Below, piece by piece: positions 13,370 to 25,017 of a DNA stretch of 64,000 nt. Every line of letters starts with the position of its first letter. The first letter of the stretch is position 1. The DNA lies in assembly GCA_964106645.2 (NCBI GenBank), contig OZ067044.1, one strand, 5' to 3'. The translations under genes were made by a program, and so were the position numbers. The notes beneath the pieces were generated by a model. That model was not told the origin of the DNA. It ran no database searches and saw nothing but the letters and a program-made list of their open reading frames with translations. The DNA is from Podarcis pityusensis (Eukaryota).

Positions 13370-13748
13370 TAGGATTTTCTGCGGTGTGTTTCAGTATAAT
13401 ACTGCTCCCAGGATCCCAAGTGACATTGGTAAAAGATGGCCCAGGAGTTCTTACCTTGAAACATAACCTGGGGTGGGTCAGCAGTGGTACAAGGTATTCC
13501 AGACCGTATTACTTTTGGAAGTCTTTTGTAAAGCAGCTGGTAAGCTGCCTGTTTGCCAAGCTGAAGCCTTGTCTGTCCATTCATGGGGGCAGCCTCTGAT
13601 CTACCACCCTCTTCAGTGTCGTTCCAATGACAAAAATATCATATATTAAAGTATGGATGAGGCGGTAAGGACTCCTGGGTCATCTTTTACCAATGTTACT
13701 TGGGATCCTGGGAGCAATATTATACTGCACCACACCCCAGAATGCCTC
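13370..13748. mobile_element. Long-TIR foldback element (MITE)
   Basis: About 80-bp inverted arms at 13376-13456 and 13664-13742; the ORF track shows LGSWEQYYT on both strands. Confidence 0.75.
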
Positions 13749-14723
13749 AGGTTATATTTCAACAGCTGCTACAAGTTCTTTTGTCATGTCCATCAACAGA
13801 GATGTTTTGGAGTATTATGGTCATGATGCTTTCTTCATTCTTAAAAATCCTCCAAATGCAATTTAGGAGATCTGACCTCCCAAAGATTTTATTTATATTT
13901 AAAAGCACCTGTGAGGTGAGAGGGACTCTTAAGTAACTTTCTTTTTAACCATTTCTTCTGTAATATTTTCCATCTAAATTCTTCCCCTCCAAAGCTGATT
14001 CTAGCCCTGCTGAGAACCATAGAAGAACTTATTTTCTTGTTTTACCTCCAGCAAAAGAAACTACTGATTCATTTAAACAGGGGAAATGGTTCTGGAGTGT
14101 GTGTGGAGAGGAGGGTGAGTTAAGCACTCCTCTCTCAGAGTACCATCACTCTGCTTGCTGGAATTCTTCACCAGCTTCTGATCAGAGTTGGAGCACTCCA
14201 CAACTTCCTTAAAATAGAAAAATGAAAATGTTTGTAGGGCTGATCAGGTATTTCTTGTAGCAGTTCAACCCTGGTTCACCACTGCAATCTGAGGCAAGAT
14301 TTTTTTTTTAATGGCAAAATTAAAAGAGAGAAAATATATGAATGGTTTAGGGCAGGGGCCTCCTGTATTGAACCAGCTCAAACATGACAGGAAATAGTAA
14401 TTTCCCACCATGTGAATGAGCAATGATGAACCTCAGCTTCACACAGTCTCCCCTGTCCTCGCACTTGCAAGGACGGTATCAGAAGCTTTGGCTTCAGTTT
14501 TTATACAAGCTGTGCTTTGCCGTGGGATCTGAACTTTGGAAACTGCTTACACTTGTGAGGAAATCCAGGATCAAACTGTGGTTTCTTCTGATCTCCATGA
14601 GCACAAAATGAAGAGAAGAGGGGAGTGTTCAAGCCCCCAGACTCATCAAGGTTCATCAAGAATAGTTTCCTGTTTGCATCTGAACCAGGACTCTGTTTAT
14701 CACGTAGTTTTTTTCCTCAATTA

Positions 14724-14974
14724 CAGTCATACCTTGGTTCTTGAATGCCTTGGTATGCGTACGGTTTGGCTCCCGAACACCACAAACCTAAAAGTACGTT
14801 TTCCGGTTTGCGAACGTTCTTTGGAAGCCGAATGTCCGACGTGGCTTCTGCGGCTTCCAATTGAATGCAGGAAGCTCCTGCAGCCAATTGGAAGCCACAC
14901 CTTGGTTTCCAAATGTTTTCAGAAGTCAAATGGACTTCTGGAACGGATTCCGTTTGAGAACCAAGGTACGACTG
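14724..14974. mobile_element. Tigger/mariner-type MITE
   Basis: TIRs CAGTCATACCTTGGTTCT / AGAACCAAGGTACGACTG, flanked by TA on both sides. Confidence 0.88.
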
Positions 14975-15155
14975 TAGTTCTGAATGAGTCACAAGTACTA
15001 ATAAATAGTAATAGAAGCATAGAATGAGTTAAAGCAAATGTAAGTTTACGCTGCTCAGCTTCATACCTGTCTATTCCGCTTTATAAAAACATATATTTCT
15101 CAATCAATGTTTAAGCATTCTGTGTTCGTGTACATCTTGATGTTTGTTTCAGCAG

Positions 15156-15434
15156 AGCCAAGCTGTGGAACCAGAGCCATTCTCAAGTCAGGAATCAAAC
15201 ATCATCCTTGAACAAAAGGCACCCATTTTCACACAGCAGTATGCATCTCAGGCTCAAATGGCCCAAGGCAACTACACACCAATGCAGGACCCAAACTTTC
15301 ACCCAATGGCGCAGCGACCAGGCTATGCATCACTGCGAATGCAGCCTAGGGCTGCCCTGAGGCCTGCTGGCATAGTGCAAAACCAGCCAAATCAGCTAAG
15401 GCTACAGCTGCAGCATAGACTTCAAGCACAGCAG
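15156..15434 (+). CDS. NCOA2: NCOA2 coding exon, Q-rich (SQAVEPEPF...LQHRLQAQQ)
   Basis: CAGCAG tandem acceptor (alternative start 15153), CAG|gtattt donor. Confidence 0.94.
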
Positions 15435-15478
15435 GTATTTCATGTTTTTGTGCTCTCTGTTGATGCTTTTACCAGCAT

Positions 15479-15680
15479 GCATAGAAATGTAGAGTTCAAG
15501 GGTTCCCCAAGGGTCATCTAGTCCAACCCCCTACAATGCAGGAATCTCAGCGTAAAGCATCCATGACAGATGGCCATCCAGCCTCTGCTTAAAAACCTCC
15601 AGTGAAGGGGAGTCCACCACTTTCGGGGGAGAACATTCAATCTCGGAACAGCTCTTAACCATAAGAAAGTTCTTCCTCAA
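15479..15680 (-). mobile_element. CR1 LINE 3' fragment
   Basis: Minus-strand peptide VVDSPSLEVFKQRLDGHL (CR1 ORF2 C-terminus) and GGGTTGGACTAGATGACC 3'UTR motif. Confidence 0.88.
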
Positions 15681-15782
15681 GAAGCACACTATCGTAAAAC
15701 TAAAGCTTGCCATCAAAGCAGAATTTTTCTTACACTGCCTTATATGACTGATTTCTTTATTCTGTTTTTCCCCTTGCCCTAG

Positions 15783-15860
15783 AATCGCCAGCCACTCATG
15801 AATCAGATCAGCAATGTTTCCAATATGAATCTGTCTCTGAGACCTGGAGTACCTACACAG
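15783..15860 (+). CDS. NCOA2: NCOA2 coding exon ([26 protein letters not shown])
   Basis: ccctAG acceptor, CAG|gtgagg donor, 78 nt, phase 0-0. Confidence 0.94.
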
Positions 15861-15956
15861 GTGAGGGAACAGGTATTGAAAATGTTTCTATTCTGACGTA
15901 CCCAATTGATCCCTGTACTTCTCATCTTCTCAGCAGGTCCCTTCTGTACAACATTG

Positions 15957-15957
<1 letters not shown>

Positions 15958-15993
<36 letters not shown>

Positions 15994-16013
15994 TACTACT
16001 ACTACTACTACTA
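15958..16013. repeat. Compound (TAT)n(TAC)n microsatellite
   Basis: Direct reading. Confidence 0.95.
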
Positions 16014-17147
16014 AGGCCTTTGGATTCCCTCCCATGAAACATTAGGCACCATCTCTTTTGTCTTTTTGGTGCAACAAGCCTTTTAAAGACGAGATCTTTC
16101 ACAGTCTGCCTCTTTGTTTAGCTACTTTCATTGTTCTGTCACTTGTGTGCTCCTTTTAAGAGGAAGGGTAGGAAATGAATTTAATTAATAAATAAAATGT
16201 TCTATAAAACTTAGTAGTTCATTTTTTTACTATATTATACTGATGTTACCGATGTTGCAGTCTCTGTCACTGTATACGTTGCTGTTGTGCAGCTGTTTCC
16301 TTGCTTTTGGTGAAATGACTAATCCATCTCGAAGAATATTATAGTCACAGTTTAATCTGTGGAGCAGGAAATTGTGAAGCTCTTTCATGCTGTACCAGAA
16401 GCTGTATGTGTATGCTTTTGGAGAGGCAGAGGATTTCTCTATGTTCCCTAAGCAGGCCATACGCAAACTGACCACAGACCATGCAATGAAACCTGCAACT
16501 TTGTTGCATATTGATTTATCCTGAAGAATAAGAGGTGGCCAATGTGGTTCCCTCCAGGTATTGTTGGGCTAGACATCTTTAAATGAATCCAAATATTCTA
16601 AGCAGGGATGACATCATTTTCTCTGAGTTTTAAAACTTGTTTCATGATATATGAAACAGCTTGAAATGGTGGAAAGCTTTCAGGATCTTGCAAGAGGTTT
16701 TATGCTTTTTGTCAGAAAGGCGCCGCTTATGAATATTTTTAACCTGAGAAAGAAAGCGTGAGAGCTATTTTAAATTTTATTCAAATCAGCATAGCTTGCT
16801 TTATTCAATTTACTGATGTGAGAAGTGCACATTCTGATTTTAGGCTGTGGTGTGGATGAGTAAATTTAGATTCTGGACTTAATTGTATTACAGGGTTCAC
16901 AATTTTTTGATGGTAATATGTTTACTTCCCGTACTACAAAATGTAGCTATCCTGCCCTGCTGTTTCAGGGGCTCTCCTGCTCTCTCTGCTGTGTACAAGC
17001 TGGACTTCTGCTCAAAATTCGGTCCTTCGGCAACACCAAATTTAGACATCACTTAGAAAAATTGCCTTATTCTAGGAATTCATATCAGTCACCTATGGTA
17101 ATCTGTGTATCTGTTTTAGAATTTATCACCCCAGAATGAGACATCAT

Positions 17148-17310
17148 AGGCCAGCTGAAGAGCACATTTGTATGCCGCATGCAAAAGTTGCCGCTTCAGT
17201 CCTTGGCATTTCTAGTTAAAACTGTGCCTGAGTCCTAATCCAAGTAGACAGTAGTGAGCTAGGTAGATAAATAATCTGTCTGGCCTGGTATTAAACAGCT
17301 TCATATGTTA
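17148..17310 (+). mobile_element. Decayed tRNA-derived SINE
   Basis: 3' part GTAGACAGTAGTGAGCTAG...CAGCTTCATATGTT is the reverse complement of the copies at 25882 and 51813. Confidence 0.55.
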
Positions 17311-17439
17311 CATGCCAGAAAGGTAGCTCTTCACCTGATTATTGTAAAGTTGCCAGGGTTTTGTTTTTTTTAGTAGCCAGGCTGATGGAAATGCCTTGCT
17401 AACCATATGTGTTGATGCAGTTTTTTGCTTACCCTGCAG

Positions 17440-17668
17440 GGACCCATCAATTCCCAGATGCTAGCCCAGAGGCAGAGGGAGATACTGAGCCAGCACCTGA
17501 GGCATAGGCAGATGCAGCAGCAAGTGCAGCAGCGAACGCTGATGATGCGAGGACAGAGTATGAATATGACGCCGAGTATGGTGGCCTCTGGTGGCATACC
17601 AGCAACAATGAGCAACCCGCGGATTCCCCAGGCAAATGCCCAGCAATTTCCATTTCCTCCAAACTATG
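17440..17668 (+). CDS. NCOA2: NCOA2 coding exon ([16 protein letters not shown]...FPFPPNY); possible alternative donor at 17935
   Basis: ctgcAG acceptor. Proximal donor G|gtattg gives the canonical PPNYG-I junction. Confidence 0.92.
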
Positions 17669-18172
17669 GTATTGCACTTATTTCAACACCTTTCATCCAT
17701 CACAATAGTCTCAACTCCTGGATCACAGCTCCTTTCCTACAGTTCTTTATATGGCTCCCAGATGAGACACACCATCTGGAATCTGGAGATACTGGGAATT
17801 GGGTTGGGGGGGTGATGGTAGCATTTAAACTTGTTGGGATTCTCAAAATGCAAAACAGTATGTTTCTGGTTTATTACAAAACTACAAAAAAAAACCCCAT
17901 TAGTTTTGCTAAAAAGTCATATATCACAAAACAAAGTAAGCCGTGAACTTTATCCCATTTCTTTGGTACCTCAAAAAAAGATGATATTAGTCTTCAGCAG
18001 GATTTTTTTCACTGTAGTTTATGGTAGCCTTGTTTTGTCCTTGTCCAAAAAAGTCCCCTCAAAATAGATTCCATGACTGCTGTACTCCTAGTGAAGGCCA
18101 TTCCAAGCCATTACATACTTCTGGCTGAATTGTTGTGTGCAGCATGAGTAAGAATCCTGTTGTGTTTTCCAG

Positions 18173-18350
18173 GAATAAATCAGCAGGCCGATCCAGGCTT
18201 CACTGGAGCTACCACTCCCCAAAGTCCGCTGATGTCCCCAAGAATGGCTCATACCCAGAGTCCCATGATCCAGCAGTCTCAGGCCAATCCTGCCTACCAA
18301 TCCTCTACGGAGATGAATGGATGGGCACAAGGGAATATGGGTGGAAACAG
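18173..18350 (+). CDS. NCOA2: NCOA2 coding exon ([24 protein letters not shown]...MGGN)
   Basis: ttccAG acceptor, AG|gtaggt donor. Confidence 0.95.
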
Positions 18351-18619
18351 GTAGGTTTGCAACTGGGCTATGACTCACAGTACGTCAGTTTTGGCCGTTG
18401 TCACATAGCTCATTCATGCATTTTTTTCAGCAATCATCCTGTTGAATCTGGGCATTCACAGAACACAGCAGTGCTGCAGACTGACACCAGAATCATTATT
18501 GGGAAAAGAGAGTGAAATATAACATGTGACTTCTATACATGAGGCCATGTCATATGAATTGTACATTCTCTTATGGAGCTATAGGGACATATCCAGCACT
18601 GCATAGTTGTAGTAGCAGT

Positions 18620-18928
18620 AGTTGTTATTAAATTTGTATACTGTCCTTCACCCGCAGATCTCATGGCAGTTCACAACATAAAATTACAATATAAAAACCA
18701 CAAAATACATAGTAAAAATAAGGACAACAAACCAATAATCCTCCTTCCCACAACACATTTAAAAGGGCATCAGATGTCAGTCAGCCAAAGGCCTGGTTGG
18801 AGAGAAACATTGCCTGGCGCCTAAAGGTATATCATGAAGACATCAGCCAGAACTCCCTGGGGAGAGCATTCTACCAACAGGGAGCCATTGCAGAAAAGGC
18901 CCGTTCTTGCATTGGCACCCTCTAGACC
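18620..18928 (-). mobile_element. L2 LINE 3' fragment
   Basis: Tail motif plus GGGGAGAGCATTC...GGAGCCATTGCAGAAAAGGCCC, typical of the L2 ORF2 end. Confidence 0.75.
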
Positions 18929-19973
18929 ACTTATGCAATGGGATTTCCCCTTTCTGTCCACTCTCTGCATTCCCCCTACTTCTGGTTAGGGTGGGGGTGG
19001 TCTTCCTGAAGCAGATTTTGATGGCGCATGGTTGGTCTGCAGTGGGGAAGAAGAGGAATTTCTGTTACACAAGTGGAAGTCCGTTGCTCAAACAGAACTA
19101 CTATGACTAGTTTACACTTTTTTCTTATGGGGCCTCTCATTACTAAGTAGGAATTTCCATGTCACCCAGTTTTCAAAAAGATCAAGTAACTACAAAAACA
19201 TGTGAATTTCTGATTAGAGTTTTATTCTGCATGTTCATAAAACCAATCCATAATAAAATATATGTGATGTGTATTTATCAGCCATGGGCTAAAAATATAA
19301 ATCACAGTTCAATCCTTGTATATCCAATCAGAAGTCAGTCCTATTAAATTCATTGGGACTTATTTCCAGGTAGTTGTGAATAGGAGTGAAGCAAATTTTT
19401 TGAAATGATAATTATTTATTTGTAAATTATGACTTGAAATCATCCCAAACTGCTTTTTCTTCAGTTTTCTAGGATCTTGTCTGTTACAAAGACAGTGGAC
19501 TCACTAAACTACTTAGTCGTGCAGGGCTTTAAATTTTCTGCCTACTGACAGATAATTAGATAGATATATACACACACATCTAGATCACTGCATTGGTTTC
19601 TCTTGAATGAGCACGACAACTATGTTTAGATGGCCCTAAGGTTTAGCTCAGAATATTTTAAGTGTCTTTGCATCTTGATGTTAAAAGATAAGCAGGAAAA
19701 GTTTCTTTTCCAATTTATTACTCTTTTAAAGATGCTGTAGGTCTATTTAACGCATATATTATTTTGGCAAATTGTGGGGAGAATTTTTGCAGACCTAATC
19801 ATCACATTACTTACAAGCTGAGAAAGAAATGCATGCTTTGTGCACTGATAATCAGACTCCATTTATTGAAGGCGTCCCCAGATGCACTAACCCTCTGAGG
19901 TGTTCAGGAATGTTCAAGGCCCGAAGGATGAACATCTTGATTCTGACGTGCTGGTGTGTATTTCATCCTGCAG

Positions 19974-20172
19974 CATGTTTTCACAACAATCTCCTCCACA
20001 CTTCGGGCAGCAAGCTAACACCAGCATGTACAATAACAACATGAACATCAATGTATCCATGGTGACCAACACAAGCGGTATGAACAACATGAACCAGATG
20101 ACAGGACAGATCAGCATGACCTCAGCAACCTCTGTGCCTACATCAGGGCTGTCCTCCATGGGTCCTGAGCAG
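19974..20172 (+). CDS. NCOA2: NCOA2 coding exon, AD2 region ([12 protein letters not shown]...MGPEQ)
   Basis: ctgcAG acceptor, CAG|gtgaga donor. Confidence 0.95.
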
Positions 20173-20536
20173 GTGAGAATTCTCTGCCTGGTGAAATTTG
20201 TAACCAGTAGTTGATTTAATACAGCTTTTCCCAACATAAATTACCAATTTTAACATTTGCTTGGAGACACTCCCCCTCTCACAGTAACCAACTCAAAATA
20301 GGGCAAGAGCAAAATGTGCATAAGAATGACAGTGTAAAGAAGGGAGAGAAGTGGAGGTGAGCACATAGCACAACACCTTGTATGACATGTGCCTCCTCAT
20401 TCAGTCTGCTCTCTTATTTTGTTATATTTTTGGCTAGAAAGGTGTGTGTGCATGTATGCATGCAGTGTTGTGGTTTATTCAAAGATGCTTTCTATTTCCC
20501 CCAGTGACTTACAAACGAGTCTTCTCCTTGCCGTAG

Positions 20537-20626
20537 GTTAATGATCCTGCTATGAGAGGAGGCAATCTTTTTCCAAACCAGCTACCTGGAATGGATATGA
20601 TAAAGCAGGAGGGAGATGCATCACGG
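20537..20626 (+). CDS. NCOA2: NCOA2 penultimate coding exon ([30 protein letters not shown])
   Basis: ccgtAG acceptor, CGG|gtaaga donor, 90 nt. Confidence 0.95.
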
Positions 20627-20786
20627 GTAAGAAACTGTTCACATTTTGCCTTGAATCTTTTAAGGAATAGATGCAATTTTATCCAGTTGCAAGTAATATG
20701 ATTCTTCCTAAGTGGACTTCTTAGAAAAATATTCTGGCAAATTCATTCTCAAAACTAGTCAAACACTTTGAATTGTGCTCGGAAAC

Positions 20787-21185
20787 GTACTGGGAGCCAA
20801 TGTAGGTCTTTCAGGACCGGTGTTATGTGGTGTCAGCGGCCACTCCCAGTCACCAGTCTAGCTGCCGCATTCTGGATTAGTTGTAGTTTCCGGGTCACCT
20901 TCAAAGGTAGCCCCACATAGAGCGCATTGCAGTAGTCCAAGCGGAAGATAACCAGAGCGTGCACCACTCTGGTGAGACAGTCCACGGACAGGTAGGGTCT
21001 TAGCCTGCGTACCAGGTGGAGCTGGTAGACAGCTGCCCTGGAGACAGAATTGATCTGTGCCTCCATGGACAGCTGTGAGTCCAAAATGACTCCCAGGCTG
21101 CGCACCTGGTCTTTCAGAGGCACAGTTACCCCATTCAGGACCAGGGAGTCCTCCACACCTGCCCGCCCCTTGTCCCCCAAGTACA
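20787..21185 (-). mobile_element. Internal L2 LINE ORF2 fragment (post-RT region)
   Basis: ORF 20833-21186(-): LGVILDSQLSMEAQI...LVHALVIFRLDYCNALYVGLP...LQLIQNAAARLVTG. Confidence 0.92.
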
Positions 21186-21237
21186 TGCTCAGTTAAGCAT
21201 TGCTATTAATGCTTCTTTTTCCTTTTTGGTCTTCTAG

Positions 21238-21249
21238 AAATATTGCTGA
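21238..21249 (+). CDS. NCOA2: NCOA2 terminal coding segment KYC-stop
   Basis: cttctAG|AAA TAT TGC TGA gives the known ...RKYC C-terminus. Confidence 0.93.
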   Translation, partial: KYC

Positions 21250-23759
21250 CCCTGAAGATTGCTAATTTCTTCAACTGACTGGGTTCCCCAGCCCAGACTT
21301 CTTACCAGTTTGAAGAGCTGCATATGTTTGGTTTTGCCCCAACTGTTCTGCCAGTCGGTTCTGCTGGAGAAAGTAGAGTTTAGTGCTGCAAACGGAACAA
21401 CGCCACTTGAGTGGAATCAAAACCATTGTTGGTGGAGGAGCAGCCTCTTCTTTGACAGTCTGAAGCTAGCGTACAGACAGTTGCTCAGTCTGTTCACTGC
21501 ATTCACCTTAGTGCAACTTAGATCTCTCCTGCAAAGTAAATGTTGATAGCCAGTTTTCATAAACCGTGTCAGATTGAATGTATTTAAATGTATGTATTTA
21601 AGGAAAACCAACCATGCTCTCATTCTGTTCTGTTTGTAGATTTAGATCTTTATCTCTTTCTGTTTTCCTTCGCTACACAGTCTGGTGCAAAGGATTCAGT
21701 TCCATCTGGAAATAAGTGGGTTAATATTAAAACCTCCACTTTAGGAGGTGGGGCGTTAGCTGGATTACGACTCTCATAGTGCTAAATGACAAAATGTGGA
21801 GAACAGACATCTAACTGTTTTGGGGGAAAGGTATCTAGTTGACTAGACATCCCATGCTAGAAAACAAAACCAGTCCGTTTTGAATAGGTTTACATTTGTA
21901 AACAGGTTAAAATATCCTGTGAGAGGGCTGTTTTTAAAGTTCTTTTGGTTACTTTGAACGAAATCATGAGTCAAACCAATTTAAGTTCCCATTCAATTGA
22001 TTTCAGCATCCTAAAAAATTAACTAAAGTTAGCATCCCTTTTCTCATGCCTTCAGTTGCCCTTTCTCTGTTTCTTTTCTTACAGGATGGAGAAATGAATA
22101 ACCCTCATTGTATCCCTAGGTTTGTTACCTGAGTTCTAGGTTGCAGGTAACTAGTTGCTGAATAATCATTTTAAATAAGGGTGCATCTTTTGGTGATGGA
22201 AGTGGCAGGATTGAGGCATAAAAAAATCAGAACTTAAAGGCATCTGATGTAAATGATAAAACTTAATTTTTCCCCCATCTCCACAACTGGGGAAAATAAT
22301 GACTTAAGCTATGGCAGATATCACTACAGAGTTAAGCATCATGTGTTCTAATTATTTTGAAGCAGCGGGGACTGAGGACATTTTGTAAGGTACATAAAAA
22401 CCAGTTTCTATGTAAACAAGCAATAATTTAAGTTGAAGACTTTAGTGTTTTAATTGTATAATTTTGTGAGGTATACATGTTGTGGAGTTGATTTCCAAAT
22501 GAGGTACTTCAGTATTAAATTAGATATCTTCATAGCTATGTGTGTCTCCTGGGGAAAAAAGTGTTTTGTAAAGGATCACAATGCCTTGATTAGACCTAAT
22601 TTGTAGGCTTGAAACTTCATTTTCTAAACCTTGCGATTCTGCTCATAAAGTCATTTATCTAACCTTATATTATATGCAGCCACTGTAGGAGCCAATTCTT
22701 GACTTTTTTGTATGTTTATATTCTTTCTTAATGAATCTTAGAAAAACTGTTGTTTGGCAGGCCACTGCTTAAGGTGGTTTTACTCTTACCTGCTGTGGTT
22801 CCAGTAATGTTTTAGTATAAGCTGGCATCAGTTTCTGTGGACTTAAAATACCAGGAAGCTGGTTCTTTTCGACCTCCTGTTTCTCTCTTCCCCACAATCC
22901 ACACACTTTCATACCTGGACTCAAAATTTTGGATGTTACTTAAAATGCAATGCATTTTATATTATCTCAATCATCATTCATGTATTTGGGAGAAGGTTTG
23001 TTAACCTTGAAATCTTGTTTGCTTGTGATGAGGGTTAAAATATACAAAGAATCTGACTTTCATAGAGTGCTAAGACAAAAAATAAGTTAAGGAATATATA
23101 GAATTCATTTCAAACCATTTGTTTCCTGTTGAGTGGCTCTCCTGTTACACTGGGAGAAACTGCACTTCTGAGCAGTCACCCACCACTTTGTCGGTTAAAC
23201 TCAAAAGTAGCTATTCAGACAACTGAGCCATCTGGTGGAAATCTATGATATGTCAGCCCTGAGCTCCATAACATTAAGAAAAGTTTTTTAATATTAATAG
23301 TAAAATTATGTCTGGATTAAAATTTTATCATTTTTAACCTCTAGGTTTTGGATTAAATATTTTACCTTTGAAATAGTATCTCTCAAAACATTTTTAATTT
23401 TAAAAAGTAGGCAAATAAGTAATTTTTAACTTGAGCCAGTTCAGAATATTTCTTCGTTTGCCCATATTTAGTTGAATTTTAAAATAAGTGGTTATATCCA
23501 TCAGAAAATTTATTGGGGTCAATGAACTGAAAACAATGGGTAGGCATTTTCTGGTTATGTTAATCATGCTAGAGACAAAGGTAACCATGCCAAATTAATT
23601 TCTTTTTTATAATCAGTGTTTCTAATTCCATACACAGTAAAATTGATAGAGATAGCAATTGGATTTTATGCTGGAACATAATCAATGTTCTCTTATAAAA
23701 AGTGTGAAGGACTTAAGAGGTCTTAATTTTTTTTTTAAAATACACATATATAACCACAT

Positions 23760-23829
23760 GGCATAGGGGGTTGGACTAGATGTCCCTTGATGATCCCCCC
23801 CCCAACTCTACAATTATACAATTATATGA
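23760..23829 (+). mobile_element. CR1 extreme 3' end inside the putative NCOA2 3'UTR
   Basis: GGGGGTTGGACTAGATG...CCAACTCTACAATTATACAATTATATGA, a decayed octamer tail. Confidence 0.7.
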
Positions 23830-24295
23830 AAGCTCCATTCAACGAAATTCAGGTAAAGTGCTATCAGTGAAGTTGATATTTTTCAACATCTAACAGTCAA
23901 TCAAAGATTTTTTAAAAATGGGTGCCCCACCAGTCCATTAGTCTATATTAACTGAAAGCAATGTTTTTGCCATTTATATAAAGCATTTTTAATCTATGTG
24001 GGTTTTCTTTCTTTCTTTTTTTACAAAAAGGAGTTCATATGGGCTTAACACATGAAAAAGGTGGTTCAGCTCTACTTGCAAAACCCAAAGATACACAATC
24101 AGTTTTGAAATGCAACTTAAGCCATTAATTGTTGGTGTGAATTTAAAGTTTTCTAGTATTTGTATGGTAGTATTGCTACCTAAGAGCAAAAGCATTCTCT
24201 GCACAAAAGAAAATTACTGTAGTGGCTTTGGTTTTTAATTAGAATTTTCTCCCTGGTGTTTCTTTGTAGACTAAAACAAAATCTTTTTAGTTTCT

Positions 24296-24443
24296 NNNNN
24301 NNNNNNNNNNNNNNNNNNNNNNNNNNNNNNNNNNNNNNNNNNNNNNNNNNNNNNNNNNNNNNNNNNNNNNNNNNNNNNNNNNNNNNNNNNNNNNNNNNNN
24401 NNNNNNNNNNNNNNNNNNNNNNNNNNNNNNNNNNNNNNNNNNN
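24296..24443. other. Assembly gap (148 N)
   Basis: Run of N. Confidence 0.99.
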
Positions 24444-24681
24444 CATCATCACTTAGCTTTCAGTCGTTGAATAGAGATGATGGACACATTTCTTCAAGCA
24501 TTGATTCTTATTTTTTTTCTTTTGTCATTTGTGGGTTTTATTTGTACAGTTCCTCATGAAGTTGCATCTGAGATGTGTATGAGTGTGTGTAAATGAAAAG
24601 ATTATACGAGGGTAAAACTAAGCAATATATAAACTATGGTTCTTCAGGAGAAAGCTTACAGTGTTTTCAGGTTGTGATTTA

Positions 24682-24938
24682 NNNNNNNNNNNNNNNNNNN
24701 NNNNNNNNNNNNNNNNNNNNNNNNNNNNNNNNNNNNNNNNNNNNNNNNNNNNNNNNNNNNNNNNNNNNNNNNNNNNNNNNNNNNNNNNNNNNNNNNNNNN
24801 NNNNNNNNNNNNNNNNNNNNNNNNNNNNNNNNNNNNNNNNNNNNNNNNNNNNNNNNNNNNNNNNNNNNNNNNNNNNNNNNNNNNNNNNNNNNNNNNNNNN
24901 NNNNNNNNNNNNNNNNNNNNNNNNNNNNNNNNNNNNNN
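24682..24938. other. Assembly gap (257 N)
   Basis: Run of N. Confidence 0.99.
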
Positions 24939-24998
24939 TTTCTTCTGTTGTGCCATTTGTGCGTGCAAAAAGTTGTGCCAGGAGAGTCACAGCATCCC

Positions 24999-25017
24999 AG
25001 TTGGTAGATGGCGCTGA
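24999..25017 (+). promoter_or_regulatory. Candidate CTCF site near the NCOA2 3' end
   Basis: TTGGTAGATGGCGCTG; 3' half is a perfect match, 5' half degenerate. Confidence 0.35.

Larger units (their letters stand above)
21250..24960 (+). other. NCOA2: NCOA2 3'UTR (3' end uncertain, may lie in or near the N gaps)
   Basis: AT-rich, nearly repeat-free sequence after the stop codon, with several miRNA 8mer seed matches. No clear AATAAA in the readable distal part. Confidence 0.55.

Noticed and set aside
14536-15027. 163-aa ORF
   Set aside because: Mostly spans a non-coding MITE
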